64,000 bases of DNA, taken from the NCBI GenBank assembly GCA_028023455.1, contig JAQFVV010000002.1:23064001-23128000 (forward strand). Direction: 5' to 3'. Within the stretch, counting starts at the first letter, position 1, and each line of letters starts with the position of its first letter. Below, in pieces: positions 11,643 to 23,400 of the stretch. The stretch comes from Epiperipatus broadwayi. Its lineage: Eukaryota; Animalia; Onychophora. Below the pieces are notes generated by a model. That model had not been told where the DNA came from. It worked only from the letters and a program-made list of their open reading frames with translations, and did not search any database. Made by a program: the position numbers and the translations under genes.

Positions 11643-12650
11643 GTGTGTGTGAACTTGACAGATTTGATGCTCACGAGATCAAAAACAAAAATGGACGCTC
11701 CAGTGGGTGAAGTAGAAAAAACCTCCGAAGGACAAATGGAACCGTCTGGAGAAATAGCTAGTGAAGGACATATAGAAATAAGAAAGGGAATGGAGACAAT
11801 GGTTGATGTTAAAAATAAAATAGAAAGCTATATTATATTGGATATGTTCACGAAAATAATGGAAGGCCAGCAACAGTTGGCTATGGAAATGAGAGAAAGA
11901 GATAAAAGAAATAGTAGGAGGATAGAAGAGTTGGATGAACGACTAAATAAGAATTTTAGTCAAAAGGTTGAAGAAATAAATAAAAAATGTGAACAAACCT
12001 CACATCAGGTGAAGGTTTCAAATGAAAGGTTGGATCACCAGGAGGAAGTACTGGGGAAAATAGAACAGTGCCTTCTGGGAGAGTGGGTTAAAGTAAAACA
12101 TGGCATTGAGTCGAAGGTAAATGAAGGGATGGAAGATGTAGAATATAAATTGGAAACATGTGCCATGAAATAGAGCAATTTAAGTTAGAGCAAGGAGAGA
12201 AAATTGAAATAATAAAAGATGAAAATGAAAAGGTTATAGAAAATCTACGACTAGATGTAAATCAGTTAGCGGAAACAGTTGAGAAGATAGAAGTGAGGGT
12301 AGAAAAGGGTGAAAATAAAATGGAAAGTATGAGATGACCAAAGCTAACAGTAAAGAACAAGAAAGCGCAAGTGCTTGCAAATAAGTAGCGAAATTAATAA
12401 TGCGGAGCAAATGCTTATAGGCCCAGAAGGAAAGACTGTCGAACAGGTTATTGAGTCGCTGAATGCGTTTGACAGCACTAGGCCTAATTATAAGGCGGAG
12501 GATCAGGGATTTAAACCCCAGCCCAAAGATCTGCACATAGATAGGATGCAATACAATCCTCATCGTGATTATTGGGAAGGAAACCAGGAATTCCTTGTAG
12601 ATCAGAAAGAGCTAAAATGTCCGGACAGACCGGAAGAGGTTCAGATCTAG
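11643..12650 (+). pseudogene. Disrupted gag-like coiled-coil ORF of the LTR element
   Basis: MLTRSKTK... E/K-rich heptad sequence; frameshift near 12160 and further stops; no zinc knuckle seen. Identity inferred from position only. Confidence 0.6.
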
Positions 12651-13835
12651 ATTATCCAGATGAGCAAGCCGACTCTAGTGGATATCGGAACAGTGCTCCA
12701 GTTCCAAGCACAAATGGCTATATTACAGTAAAAATAATGATAAAAAGCCTCCAGATAAAAACTAAGCTTAAAGAAAATAAACGGACGGATATGTCAGTGA
12801 TGATACGAGTAACGTCATAGAATCATGGGAAATAAAGTTAACAAAAAAAAAAGGGGGAAAGATAGCAAAGGAAAGGATGATTCAATAAACATATGACAGG
12901 TGGGGCAAATTGTCTCATGACAAATAATTAAAGTTACAATAAGTAAATAAAAAAAAATAGCAAAAAAAAAACGGGGGTAGTAGTGTTCACGGAGAGAAAT
13001 CAATGATAAGCTTAATGCGTATTTATGTGCAGTCAAGCACAGTGAGGTAAATCATAAATAAAAGTAATAAAAAAAAAAAAGGGAGAAATCTGTGAGTAAT
13101 TTATTCGTGCAACGATCTGTCAGTTGTAAATGTGAATATAATCAGCAAATAAATAAAAGTAAAAGTAGAAATAATTGTTCAAGCTCATTAATGAGCCAAT
13201 TAATAATTAATAAAACAAAATAAATGAATAATAGTAATAATACGTACATGATAGATATCACTGATAGGTGTATGAGGTTGCAGATTGAGGCATATATGTG
13301 TGTGTCGATGCTTTATGTTTGGGTCGTATTTTGAGCTTGATTAAGCCGTCTCTTTGCTAACTGTAGATTCACATGGCTTCCGGTGGTAAAAATTTTTAAA
13401 TGAAGCGCCAGTAAGAATCCTGGGCTCATTATACCTGCTGGAGGAAATTCCCAGCCATGTAAAATATAATAATAATTATTGTCTCGAAATAAATGAAATA
13501 AATAAATAAGAATTTGTTGTTGGCGCAAGATGAACAGGCAGTAGAAATATCCTGCTGTTCACACGCTTTGAACCTTTTTTTTTTAGGCCGTTGGAAGAGT
13601 TAAGTTATGCCATGGTCTCGTATGCATAGAGATTAAATTGGGTTGATCAGCCAAAATCGATTGGAATGAATTGAGCAGTTTTACCTAGCTGTCTCACTGT
13701 AGTCATCCTCATCATCATCATCACTCATCATGATAGACTGGAAATTTATTTAATAGAAGCAGAAGTAAGGATTGAAAGTGAACAATTAAAATAAGCTCTC
13801 ATCTCAGACTAAGATTCGACCCGATTTTAATTCTC

Positions 13836-13849
13836 AAAAGCGGGTGGAG
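13836..13849 (+). promoter_or_regulatory. Polypurine tract
   Basis: aaaagcgggtggag lies just upstream of the 3' LTR (a 5-nt tgtaa spacer follows). Confidence 0.7.
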
Positions 13850-13854
13850 TGTAA

Positions 13855-15747
13855 TGTGACGACCATGTAAAGTCGTCACCACACGTATATATTTATTAAT
13901 AAAGGTAGATAAGTTAGCTACTAGAAATTAATAAAGGTAAATGGGTTAGCTACTAAAAATTAAAAAAAAAAAAGGAAAGAGAAAAGGTTGAGATTTAGAA
14001 ATGTCGAAATCACTTTTGATTTTTTTTATAGTAAGAGAAGGGGAGGGGGTGCATAAAAAATGCATCTCTTTCTCTCTTTTAAAACTACGAGTTAGTCAAA
14101 TGCTTGAAAGTTATTTCTGTTTATTGTGGGAGAGGGGAAGGGGATGCATAAAGAAATGCGTCTTTTTCTCTCGCATAAACTATATTGTGACAAGTTAAAA
14201 TAAATTGTAAACATAAACTTGAAAAAAATGAATTATAAACTTTAAATAAAAATTAAATGAAATATGTAATATAAAAACAATATGGCCGTATAAATTAGAG
14301 GTGTGAAAGTCTGTTGGACTAATTGAATTCCACGGACAAAGACGAATGTATCTGAAGGAAAAGTTTTATAATTACAGTTCGATTAATTAAAACCTACATT
14401 CCAGCCACTAATTAAAGATATATGTTGATAAGAATTCATTGGAAATTAGTAAGAATTAATTAAAAAAAGGACAGAAAACAATAGACAAAAGAAAGGTCAG
14501 TAAGACAAAAATTACACTTATCTAGAGATTATGAGTAGAGATTTTGAAGAAGCAACAGCAAAAAAAGGAAGAAATGAAAGAAGTGCATGGCTAGTGGCGT
14601 TAAGGGGACATGGGTTCGTACTTGAACTGTCTGACCTCTGACTCACGATGTATAAGAGCTAAGTCTGACCTGCTAGAGAGAGACCGCCGCTTCTGTAACT
14701 GAACGACTTAAAATCTACTCAAAGAATCAAGAAGAATAAAGAACTGGAATGAGAAAGGAACAAAACCAGAATCAAAGAGAAATCAATTCAGCCGACAGTG
14801 TGAAGGACATACCGTCTCTACAAAAAAAGGAATGATCTCCCACTGGATGGTAACGAGTGCTCGAAAAGACTGCCCATGGGAACAACTACAAACAAAACCT
14901 AGGTAATCAAAGCATGCATGCATTTTATTTTTTTATATTCGAAATAAATAAAAGGAGGAAAGAACTAGACAATAAAAGCTAATTAGGAAGGAATAATCTC
15001 GATAGATGAGAACACTGCCCAATATAACTTCAGAACTTAATACGTATCTCTAATATTCAATATGTTTTATTTATATAAGTGTGTATTTTATTGCTATTAT
15101 GTAATCTTTTATATATGTGTGTTTATTATTCTTATGTATTTATATCAGTGTGATTGCCATTAAACATTATTCATTATTTTAAAGTGTTTAAACTTGCATT
15201 ATTCTACTATCACCAAGCTACGACAGGGAGGAAAACTGTAATTTATTGACTAAAGGATAAGGCTGATTTTAAAAGCATTTGTGTGCTGCTTGTTTATGAG
15301 AATCTCCCAATTATAAAAAAAATAAATAGCAAGCGCTGGACATTTGTTAAATTTCTTGGAAATAGTTTGCTTTGTTCAACAATTGCGAGTTCTTGATCAG
15401 AAAAAATAACGCCAAGATAATATGTATGTATTGTCTCGGGGTTCGGTCAAGGGTACAGATACGAAGTAAATTTGTATCTGTATTTGCTCTCTGCTTGTAT
15501 TGTAATGGCATTGGCTAATTAATTAAAATGATTGATAAATTCGTATTAAAACTAAACTATAAAACAATATCCATTACAGTTGGAGGCCAAGCCGGAATAT
15601 TTCGGCAATAGATAATTGATTAATAAATAAATAAATGAAAGGAAGAATAAAATGCTGTAAAATAAGTGTAAGTGAAAAATAAAAAGAAATAAAAAATAAT
15701 CCAAACATCAAAATCGAACCACTGCCAAAATAAACGTTTCCGTTACA
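13855..15747 (+). repeat. 3' LTR
   Basis: Starts tgtgacgaccatgtaaagtc, ends ttccgttaca and is followed by the ATAC TSD. Confidence 0.92.
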
Positions 15748-16304
15748 ATACATATGCATATCCAAATATATACACATACATCTTTTAAACATACATATAT
15801 ATACACAGATACACATACACCCATAGACATATATATACAAATCCACATATACATTTATAAATACACATCCATATGTATACTCAACTTACATATAAATTAT
15901 ACATATATAAAAAATATTCAAAATATATCCAATACCCCGGGTTTTTTTTTAATTTTTTACTTTTTAAAAAACTATTTTATTTTTACTTTTTTTAATTTTT
16001 TATTAAAAAATCTTTTTAAATATTATTTTTTTTATTAATATTATTTTATAATTTTAATTATTATCTAATATATAATATCTTTTTTACTTTAATATCTCTA
16101 ATTTTAATTTTTAAAAACTTTTATCTTTATATCACTATTTTATATTTTTCTTTAATACTACTACCTCTATGCTTCTTCTCTGCTTTAATTAAAATGACGT
16201 TTTTTTTTTAATATTTCCTATCTTGTTATTCCTTTAAAATAACTCCCTCTGTTATCAATTTTATAAAACTTATAATTCTATTTTAAACTTACAACTTTTA
16301 TATT

Positions 16305-16410
16305 TATTAACAATATCATTAAAAGAATTAAAAGACCAAAATAGAACTGAGCTGGAGCTACTGCAGAAGAGATGATATAGATGGACAATTGAAATTTAAA
16401 ATTAGATCTT
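16305..16410 (+). mobile_element. Continuation of the RTE relic interrupted at 8232
   Basis: Aligns by eye with 22285-22375 of the better-preserved RTE copy (W.WAGH..RR.D..W region). Confidence 0.6.
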
Positions 16411-17289
16411 AATCTTTCACATAATTACTATGGTTTCTCCTTGAAGTATGTGATGATGCCACTGAGTTTGATTTTAAATCACTCTCTTGCACTATCTTTA
16501 GTAACAATTTGCTGGTTTTATGTTTATTTGATGACAAACAAAAAAATTGAACTAAAATAATATTTATTAATTAAAAAAAAATTCCTTTTTTCAAAAAAAC
16601 CAACAAACAGCGAGACTTCACCTATAATGTTGCTAATTTATAGTTTCTAGTTCTTTCCCTATAAAAGAGCTTGCAAAAGCTTTCAAGCCAATTCATTCTT
16701 TTGTTAGATTTCAAAAATAAAAACATATGTTCGACAGTTTGTTTACATATTTATGATTATTTTTCACAAAATATTTATTTAATATAAATTTTATAGAAAA
16801 ATAATATGTTTAGATCAGATTTTATTAGAAAATATTTACTTTTAAAAAAAGACAAAAGTCTAGAAAAATCAATAACGTACAATCACAACTTATAATTGAC
16901 TAAAAAAGAATGTTTTTATATTGATCAGAGCAGATTTCTTTTTGTCATTTTTTAAAAATTATAAATAGAATTTTAAATAAAATTTTTATTAGCAAATAAG
17001 TGGAACAAAAATTCGCTTGCGCTTTACCAACTAAATTAAAACAATTCTGATTTTTAAAATATTTTTATCATAACCATCTGATAAGAAAAAATTGCTTTTA
17101 TAAATCTTATTACATATTTCAGGTTATGACTTTTTATATATATATTTGCAAAGACAAATTTTAAGAATAATTTTTATTTGTAAATAAATAATGAATAATT
17201 TGAAATTTCCTGAAAATATAATAAAGATAAAATTGATCAAATAAAAATTAGAAATTTAATCTAACTACCATTAGGACTTTTTGCAAATA

Positions 17290-17465
17290 AACAAACAGCT
17301 GAAATGTTAAAATATTGTTAACGATGCAGGAAGAAACCACATGACAATTACATGAATGAACTAAAAAATATTTGCTGGTGTGATGTGGAAAAATTAAAGA
17401 TCAGAGAAAGGAGATTAAATTTAGATAGACTTTCATCCTGCAGTGTGATCAATAATGGTTGAAAT
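17290..17465 (+). mobile_element. RTE 3'-end fragment
   Basis: gactttcatcctgcagtgtgatcaataatggttga matches the RTE terminus at 22503-22545. Confidence 0.65.
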
Positions 17466-18499
17466 TGATGGTAATTATGACATGCTTTATAAATCAGCTT
17501 TATGTAATTTTTTCCAGAGTGAAAAAATTTTATTGTAAAATTTGTAATAAATATATTAACAATATATACATTTGAGATACATTCATTTTACCTATAATAA
17601 TTTTTAAAAAAGCAAAACCTCAAAATGGTTATTAATATTATGTTTTGCAAACTTCTGTTAGTATATGTTTCTCCATAAAATAAAGCATGGATTATATATT
17701 TTTATATATGATTGATTTCATAAATTAGAAGTAAATTTTGGAAAAGCTAGACTATAAAAATTGCAAACTTCAATGACATTGTTGCTTAAATTAATTTGAA
17801 GATCAAACAACATAACAAATTTGAAATATGTCAAGGCTAGAAATAAATTCAAAGATAAAGTATAGTTTCATAAAACTTTTTCCACTGGAAATTTCTGATT
17901 AAAAAAAAATTTCAAATATCCCTTCACTGAGTTACAAAAACAATAGGTACTAAGACTATATGTTGGTAAAAGTATATAAGATTTTAAGTAGTATAATGCA
18001 GAGCAATGCTCTCTGAAAGTCCTTTACAGAGAAACAATTACAAAAGCAACTATAGAGTGATGAGTGTTTTATAGGTGTTCTATTTTTGTTTAATGCTCTA
18101 GCTAACAATAGCTAGACAATAATTCTGCTGATCATTATTGAATAGTAATTGGATTGTTTTAGGTCTTTTACTTAGAAGAAAAACAAAACTTGATTGGTTC
18201 CAGAATCTGAAAAATTTCTGAAATTTTATCCACTCTGGATACAAATTCAGATCATAAAAATAGAATGCAGATATGCTATTGTTGCACAATGAGATCTGTT
18301 AAGAATGCTACAATTAATCATTAACCATAATCTTTTGCAACTAAATATAGAAATAAATAAAGATTAAACAAAATTTAATTACAAATTACAAAAAAAAAAA
18401 AGAGTTAAGCAATAAAATTTGCATTTTTTATTTATTTAGAAACTGTATTAATTATATACATAAAAAAAAAAAAAACTATTAAAATAAAATAAAAAATAA

Positions 18500-20945
18500 A
18501 ATTATCTTTAGTGAGATGAATGCATGTAATTATTTCAACCCAATCCAACTTTTGACTTAATATTTTCAATTTTAATGTCAAGGCAATTACTAAAACTTTA
18601 CCTATATTTTGTATTCATTGCAAGTTAATGCTGAAAATGTAAATGTTCAAATAGATGTAACAAATGGCATAACAAATGAAATATTTGCAATGAGAACGCA
18701 AATCTGACAAATTGGTGAGTGGTTACCAAAGATTTTATTTTATTGTTTTTGAAAAAGCAACAAATCCAATGCCAAACAGTAAAAAAAAAAAAAAATTAAG
18801 AAAGATTAAAAAGCTAAAATTGAATACAATGAAATATATATTGATCAATTGTTTGTTACTTGCAAATCTAATAACATCAAAAATTGCAACATACAGGTAG
18901 GGCATCATAATTCCAAAACCCATTAATTCAAAAACATTTATTTTAAAAATACATCACAAAAATAGCCACAAAGATAATTTCCATAATGCATCATTAATAA
19001 AACAAAACAACTAATCATTTGATGCAGTACTTCTACAGAAAAAATTTCAATAATAAAAAATAGTGACAGATTAGCTGTGAGATTACTGTCCAAAAGTAAG
19101 AACATTATAATTTGCAAAAAATTGAAAAAATCAATAAAAGGTTAATGAAATTATGACAGTTATCAAAAAATTATTTTCTGCCCAAGAGAATATATAAAAA
19201 AATTATAATAGCAAAAAAAAAAAAAAAAATCAATGCTTAAAAAGAAAATCAAATGTATGAGGTAAGAAAAACAAACTAGATTCTAAGAGTTAAAATATGG
19301 GTTTGGAGAATATTATTAAACATAGCAGATCTGAAAATATTAAAAAAGAATGAATCTCACAAAAAATATTGAAACTGCTATAAGAGATTTCTGAAAAATA
19401 AAAAAGGCTAATTTAACACTTATAGAACAGCAATATAAAACAAAGTGTGATAAAATAAAGAGCACTGTCAAAAAGTCAATACAAGATTGATTAGTACGAT
19501 ATGGAGACAGAAAAAAATATGTTGAATATAAATCTAGAGAAGTATATTAGATGAAATAAAAAGTTGCACCAAAACAGATGATAAAAATGAATACAGGGAG
19601 GAAATGTTCATTAGAAAAAATAAAATTTTAAAGTAATGATATTATTTTGAATTATATTAACGAAAACTTATGGGAAAATTGTAAAAGAGCTTACTGAAAT
19701 CTGACAATTATTTTATAATAAAGAAAAAAGAAGCCTGGGAAATGAAAGAAAAACAAGGAAATTAATTAACTATATATATAAGAGAAAGTTTACTTCAAGA
19801 ATTGTTCAATATTGCATGGGAAGAAGATATATCTAAAACGTGTCTAAAATCATTATTAGTACCAATCTACAAAAAAAAAGGGAAGCAGAACAGAATCGAA
19901 AAATTTTAGAATTACTGCTTTAGGTTAAGTTTTACTAAACTGTCATAAAAGAAAGATTACAACCTCAGAAAAAAAAAACCTTGGCAAAAAGAACAAGGCC
20001 ATATTCAAAAAAAAAAAAAAAAGATAGGAGTACCATACAATGGATCTTATCACCCTACCTAATTGTAAAATAATAAGCTAGAAGATAAAAAATAAAAAAA
20101 ATCAGAAGACATTGAATAACATTTTCCAAAAGATAATTTGGACAGTACTTAAATGATGAGCAGACAATGAATTAAATTATTTTTTTTTTAAAATATCTAT
20201 GAAAATTCAAAAGCACCTGTGAAAATGTAGTTTAAGATTGGTAAAAACACAAGAAAGGGAAATATATTCATCACACATCTGGAAAAAATAATGGATAAAA
20301 TAAAAATTATATAAAGAAACATAGGTGGATGGGATTAAATAAATAAATTTAATATATGTAGATGATATGGTAATCATTGAAAAAAATAAAGAAATACTGA
20401 AATCAACATTAGATACTAAATGAAAAAAATAAAGATATGTATTTCACACAAACATTACCAAACAAAACATTGGTTTTTGAAAAAGAAACAAATAATGAGA
20501 AAATAAAATTTTGTGCATTTTGATTGTAAAAAATAATCTTGATTGCTAAAAGTACATAAAATAAAAAATGGCTAGAGCAAGATTCAGGTCTGTAACTCAT
20601 GGACGGAATTTTAAAAAGCATACATAGTTTATTAGAACGTAAATGCCAAAACTTCAAACTAGTCAATATAATAAATCAAATAGACCACCAACTCATAATT
20701 GAATCATTAGAAAAATCAAATTTAAAAATTCACTATCAATGGTTTTCCTGCCAATGCAAATTACTCTACTGATAGAAATTTATAAAATTATGTATGATTG
20801 TTAAACATCGGTAATGTCAAAACAATCTGTGAACATTATCTTAGCAATTGAAAGAAATGCTACAGAACTGTATATATTACTGAAAATTGCATAACAAGGA
20901 AAGCTGTAGAAGAAAATAAAAGTCTTAAGAGCATAAAATAACATT
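18500..20945 (+). mobile_element. Highly degraded LINE (APE and RT remnants)
   Basis: Fragmentary motifs: IDQL/GHHN (APE end, ~18840-18910), LVPIYKKKG...NFR (~19860), HIWKK...IKYVDD (~20270-20370). Boundaries are approximate. Confidence 0.6.
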
Positions 20946-22545
20946 TTGATACTGTTAGGAAATTTATTTCTGCAATAAGAAAAAAAGATGGAATTATTAT
21001 TAAAAAGAAAGATAACATCATGAAATGGGTAGAAGACTTCAATCAAGAATTATATAGTAATAAAGAACAAAGACGTCCTATATCTATTATAGCTTCCAAA
21101 TTGCCCGGAATTTTAAAGTGCGAGATGCAATTAAATTTATGAAGAAGGAAAGGCTCAGGTAATGATGGAATTATAATTGATATATTAAAAGAAGCAGGTG
21201 AAGAAATAGAAATTTTTTAGCAAAGTTATATACCAAATATCTAAATAATAAAGATGTACCAAATAAGTGGAAGAATGCAGTATTAATATTAATATTTTAA
21301 ACAGGTGATAAAGAAGATATTAGAAATTACATATCTGTCAGCTTTTTATCAGTTTTATACAAAATTTTTACCAAGATAATTACAACTCGTCTACAGAGAA
21401 CATTGGATTTCCACCAACCAAAAGAACAAGCTGGATTTAAAAGTGGTTTTAGTACAGTAGATCATATCCAGACATTGAGAGAAGTTATAGAAAGGACAAA
21501 TGAATATGAGTTGCCATTATGCTTTGGATTTGTAGATTATGAAAAGACATTCGATTCTATAAACATTTCTTTGGTGATTAAAGCATTGGATCATCAAGGT
21601 ATAGATCCAGGATATAGTCATATTCTAAAGAATATTTATAGAAATACAAAAGCAATAATTAGACTACATAATGATACAAGGAAAGTCAACATTGAGAAGG
21701 GTGTAAGACAGAGTGACTCCATATCTCCAAAACTTTTTACAGCAGTGCTGCAAAAAGTATTTTGTGGATTAAAATGGAAAGCTAAAGGAGTGAAAGTAAA
21801 TGGAGATTATTTAAGTCATTTAGATTTTTCAGATGATATAGTTGTTTTTGCAAATAATACTTTAGAGCTGCAGGAATTATCAAATGAAAGTAGGGCTAAA
21901 GATAAATGTTAAAAAGAGTAATGTTCAATGGATTTTGTCAAAATATGAAAACAAAGATTGATAATGATGAAGTTAAAAAAAGTTAAGTTACAAATACCTT
22001 GGTCAGATTATTAATACAGATGGAAACATAATGGATGAAATTAATTATAGAATTAAACTTGGTTGGAGTGCTTTTGGTAGAAATAACTTGATACTAAAAG
22101 GAAATATGTCAATGTGCTTGAAAAGGAAGTTTTTTAATAAATGTGTTTTACCAGTTCTTACTTATGGATCTGAGATTTGGACACTTAATAGATGACTCAA
22201 GAGAAGTATGGAGAGATGCATGTTGGGAGTAACAAGAAGAGATCGAAAACGCAATACATGGGTAAGAGAACAAACAGGTGTTACTGACCTCATTGAAAAA
22301 ATTAAAAAACTGGAGTTGGGATGGACATATTGCTAGACGAGATGATAATAAATGGCAACTGAAATTTTAAACCGGATTCCAAGAGATTGTAAAAGACCCA
22401 GAAAGGGACCACATGTGAGATGGATGGATGAAATAAGAAAGTGTGCAGGGTTGATGTGGAGAAGAGAAGCTAAAGATTGGAAAAGATGGATTGAACTTGG
22501 AGAGACCTTCATCCTGCAGTAAATTGATAATGGTTGATGATGATG
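20945..22545 (+). mobile_element. 5'-truncated RTE-clade LINE
   Basis: ORF 21403-21912 with QAGFKSGFSTVDHI, FVDYEKTFDSI, GVRQSDSISPKLF, LDFSDDIV; ends in a (TGA)n tail. Confidence 0.93.
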
Positions 22546-23039
22546 ACATAGTTTTTAGTCAAAACTTGTACAAAATTTTTTTTACAGAAGTTGTGAAAAA
22601 TTATAATTGTAATTAGTTAAACATGTAAATGAATAATTAGGGTTAAAAACTTTAATTTTTAGTATTACACAAAATAAAACAAAAAGAGATCTTAGAAAAT
22701 ATAGATGACATTTAATAATGGTGTGAAATTAATTTATATTCTTGCTTAGATTACATAGTAATTGGAGAGAATTGATGAAAAAATAGTCATACACCTAAAA
22801 GAGTTAAGTCTAAGGTTTATGATAATGATTAATTTGAAATAAGTAATTGAAAAATGATATTCTAATTTTACAAGAACCAAGATATAACTTTTGAATGATT
22901 TATATGTCATAATTTATTACAAGACATTACATTAAATACTAAATTTTCATTCTATACAAAAAATATGACAAACTACAATAATCAGTTAGTTCAGGAGGTA
23001 ATATTTTTCAGTATGAGATATGCCTAGGATATGTTCATT

Positions 23040-23400
23040 TCATGATTGTAATTCAAATCCAAGATTTTCAACATCTCTTCCAATCTTCTTGCATTACATA
23101 TATTGTCTTTTCTTTTTTTAAAAAAAAGCCACACTCCTTCTAATGCATATTTCCTATTGTCCTATAATGGTTTCATTCTCTAATAATTTTCGTTTCTAAA
23201 AAAAAAAAAAAAACTGCTTTACATTATTTCTTTATATAATCATACAATAATTTCATTTCATTTGTATTCATCTGCATACATCATTATCATCATCATTCTC
23301 AATCATTATGACCCACTGCAAGATAAAGATCTTTTCATGTTTAATCCAGTAACTATGATCCTTAGTCTCTCTTCTTCACAATGCATCATGTAGCAAAGTT
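23040..23400 (-). mobile_element. Two LINE 3'-end fragments on the minus strand
   Basis: catcatcat...gacccactgcaagataaag (23281-23335) is the reverse complement of an RTE 3' end. ~23130-23180 reads IIGQ...YALEGVW. Confidence 0.5.

Larger units (their letters stand above)
8489..15747 (+). mobile_element. Non-autonomous LTR retroelement with ~1.9-kb LTRs and a gag-like ORF only
   Basis: TG...CA LTRs at 8489-11249 and 13855-15747; 4-bp TSD ATAC (8485-8488 and 15748-15751); PBS at 11252 and PPT at 13836; no pol motifs in the 2.6-kb interior. Confidence 0.92.
8233..16304 (-). mobile_element. Old Penelope-like element 3' fragment, split by the LTR element (pieces 8233-8488 and 15748-16304)
   Basis: Interrupts the RTE between degenerate direct repeats 8213-8232 and 16305-16324 (15/20 identical). 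The TA/CA-rich tract is continuous across the LTR insertion. HHR motif at 8311-8348; faint GIY-YIG C-terminal-like translation at ~16300-16170. Confidence 0.55.

Noticed and set aside
15574-16038. Overlapping ORFs on both strands
   Set aside because: Artefacts of TA/CA low-complexity sequence.
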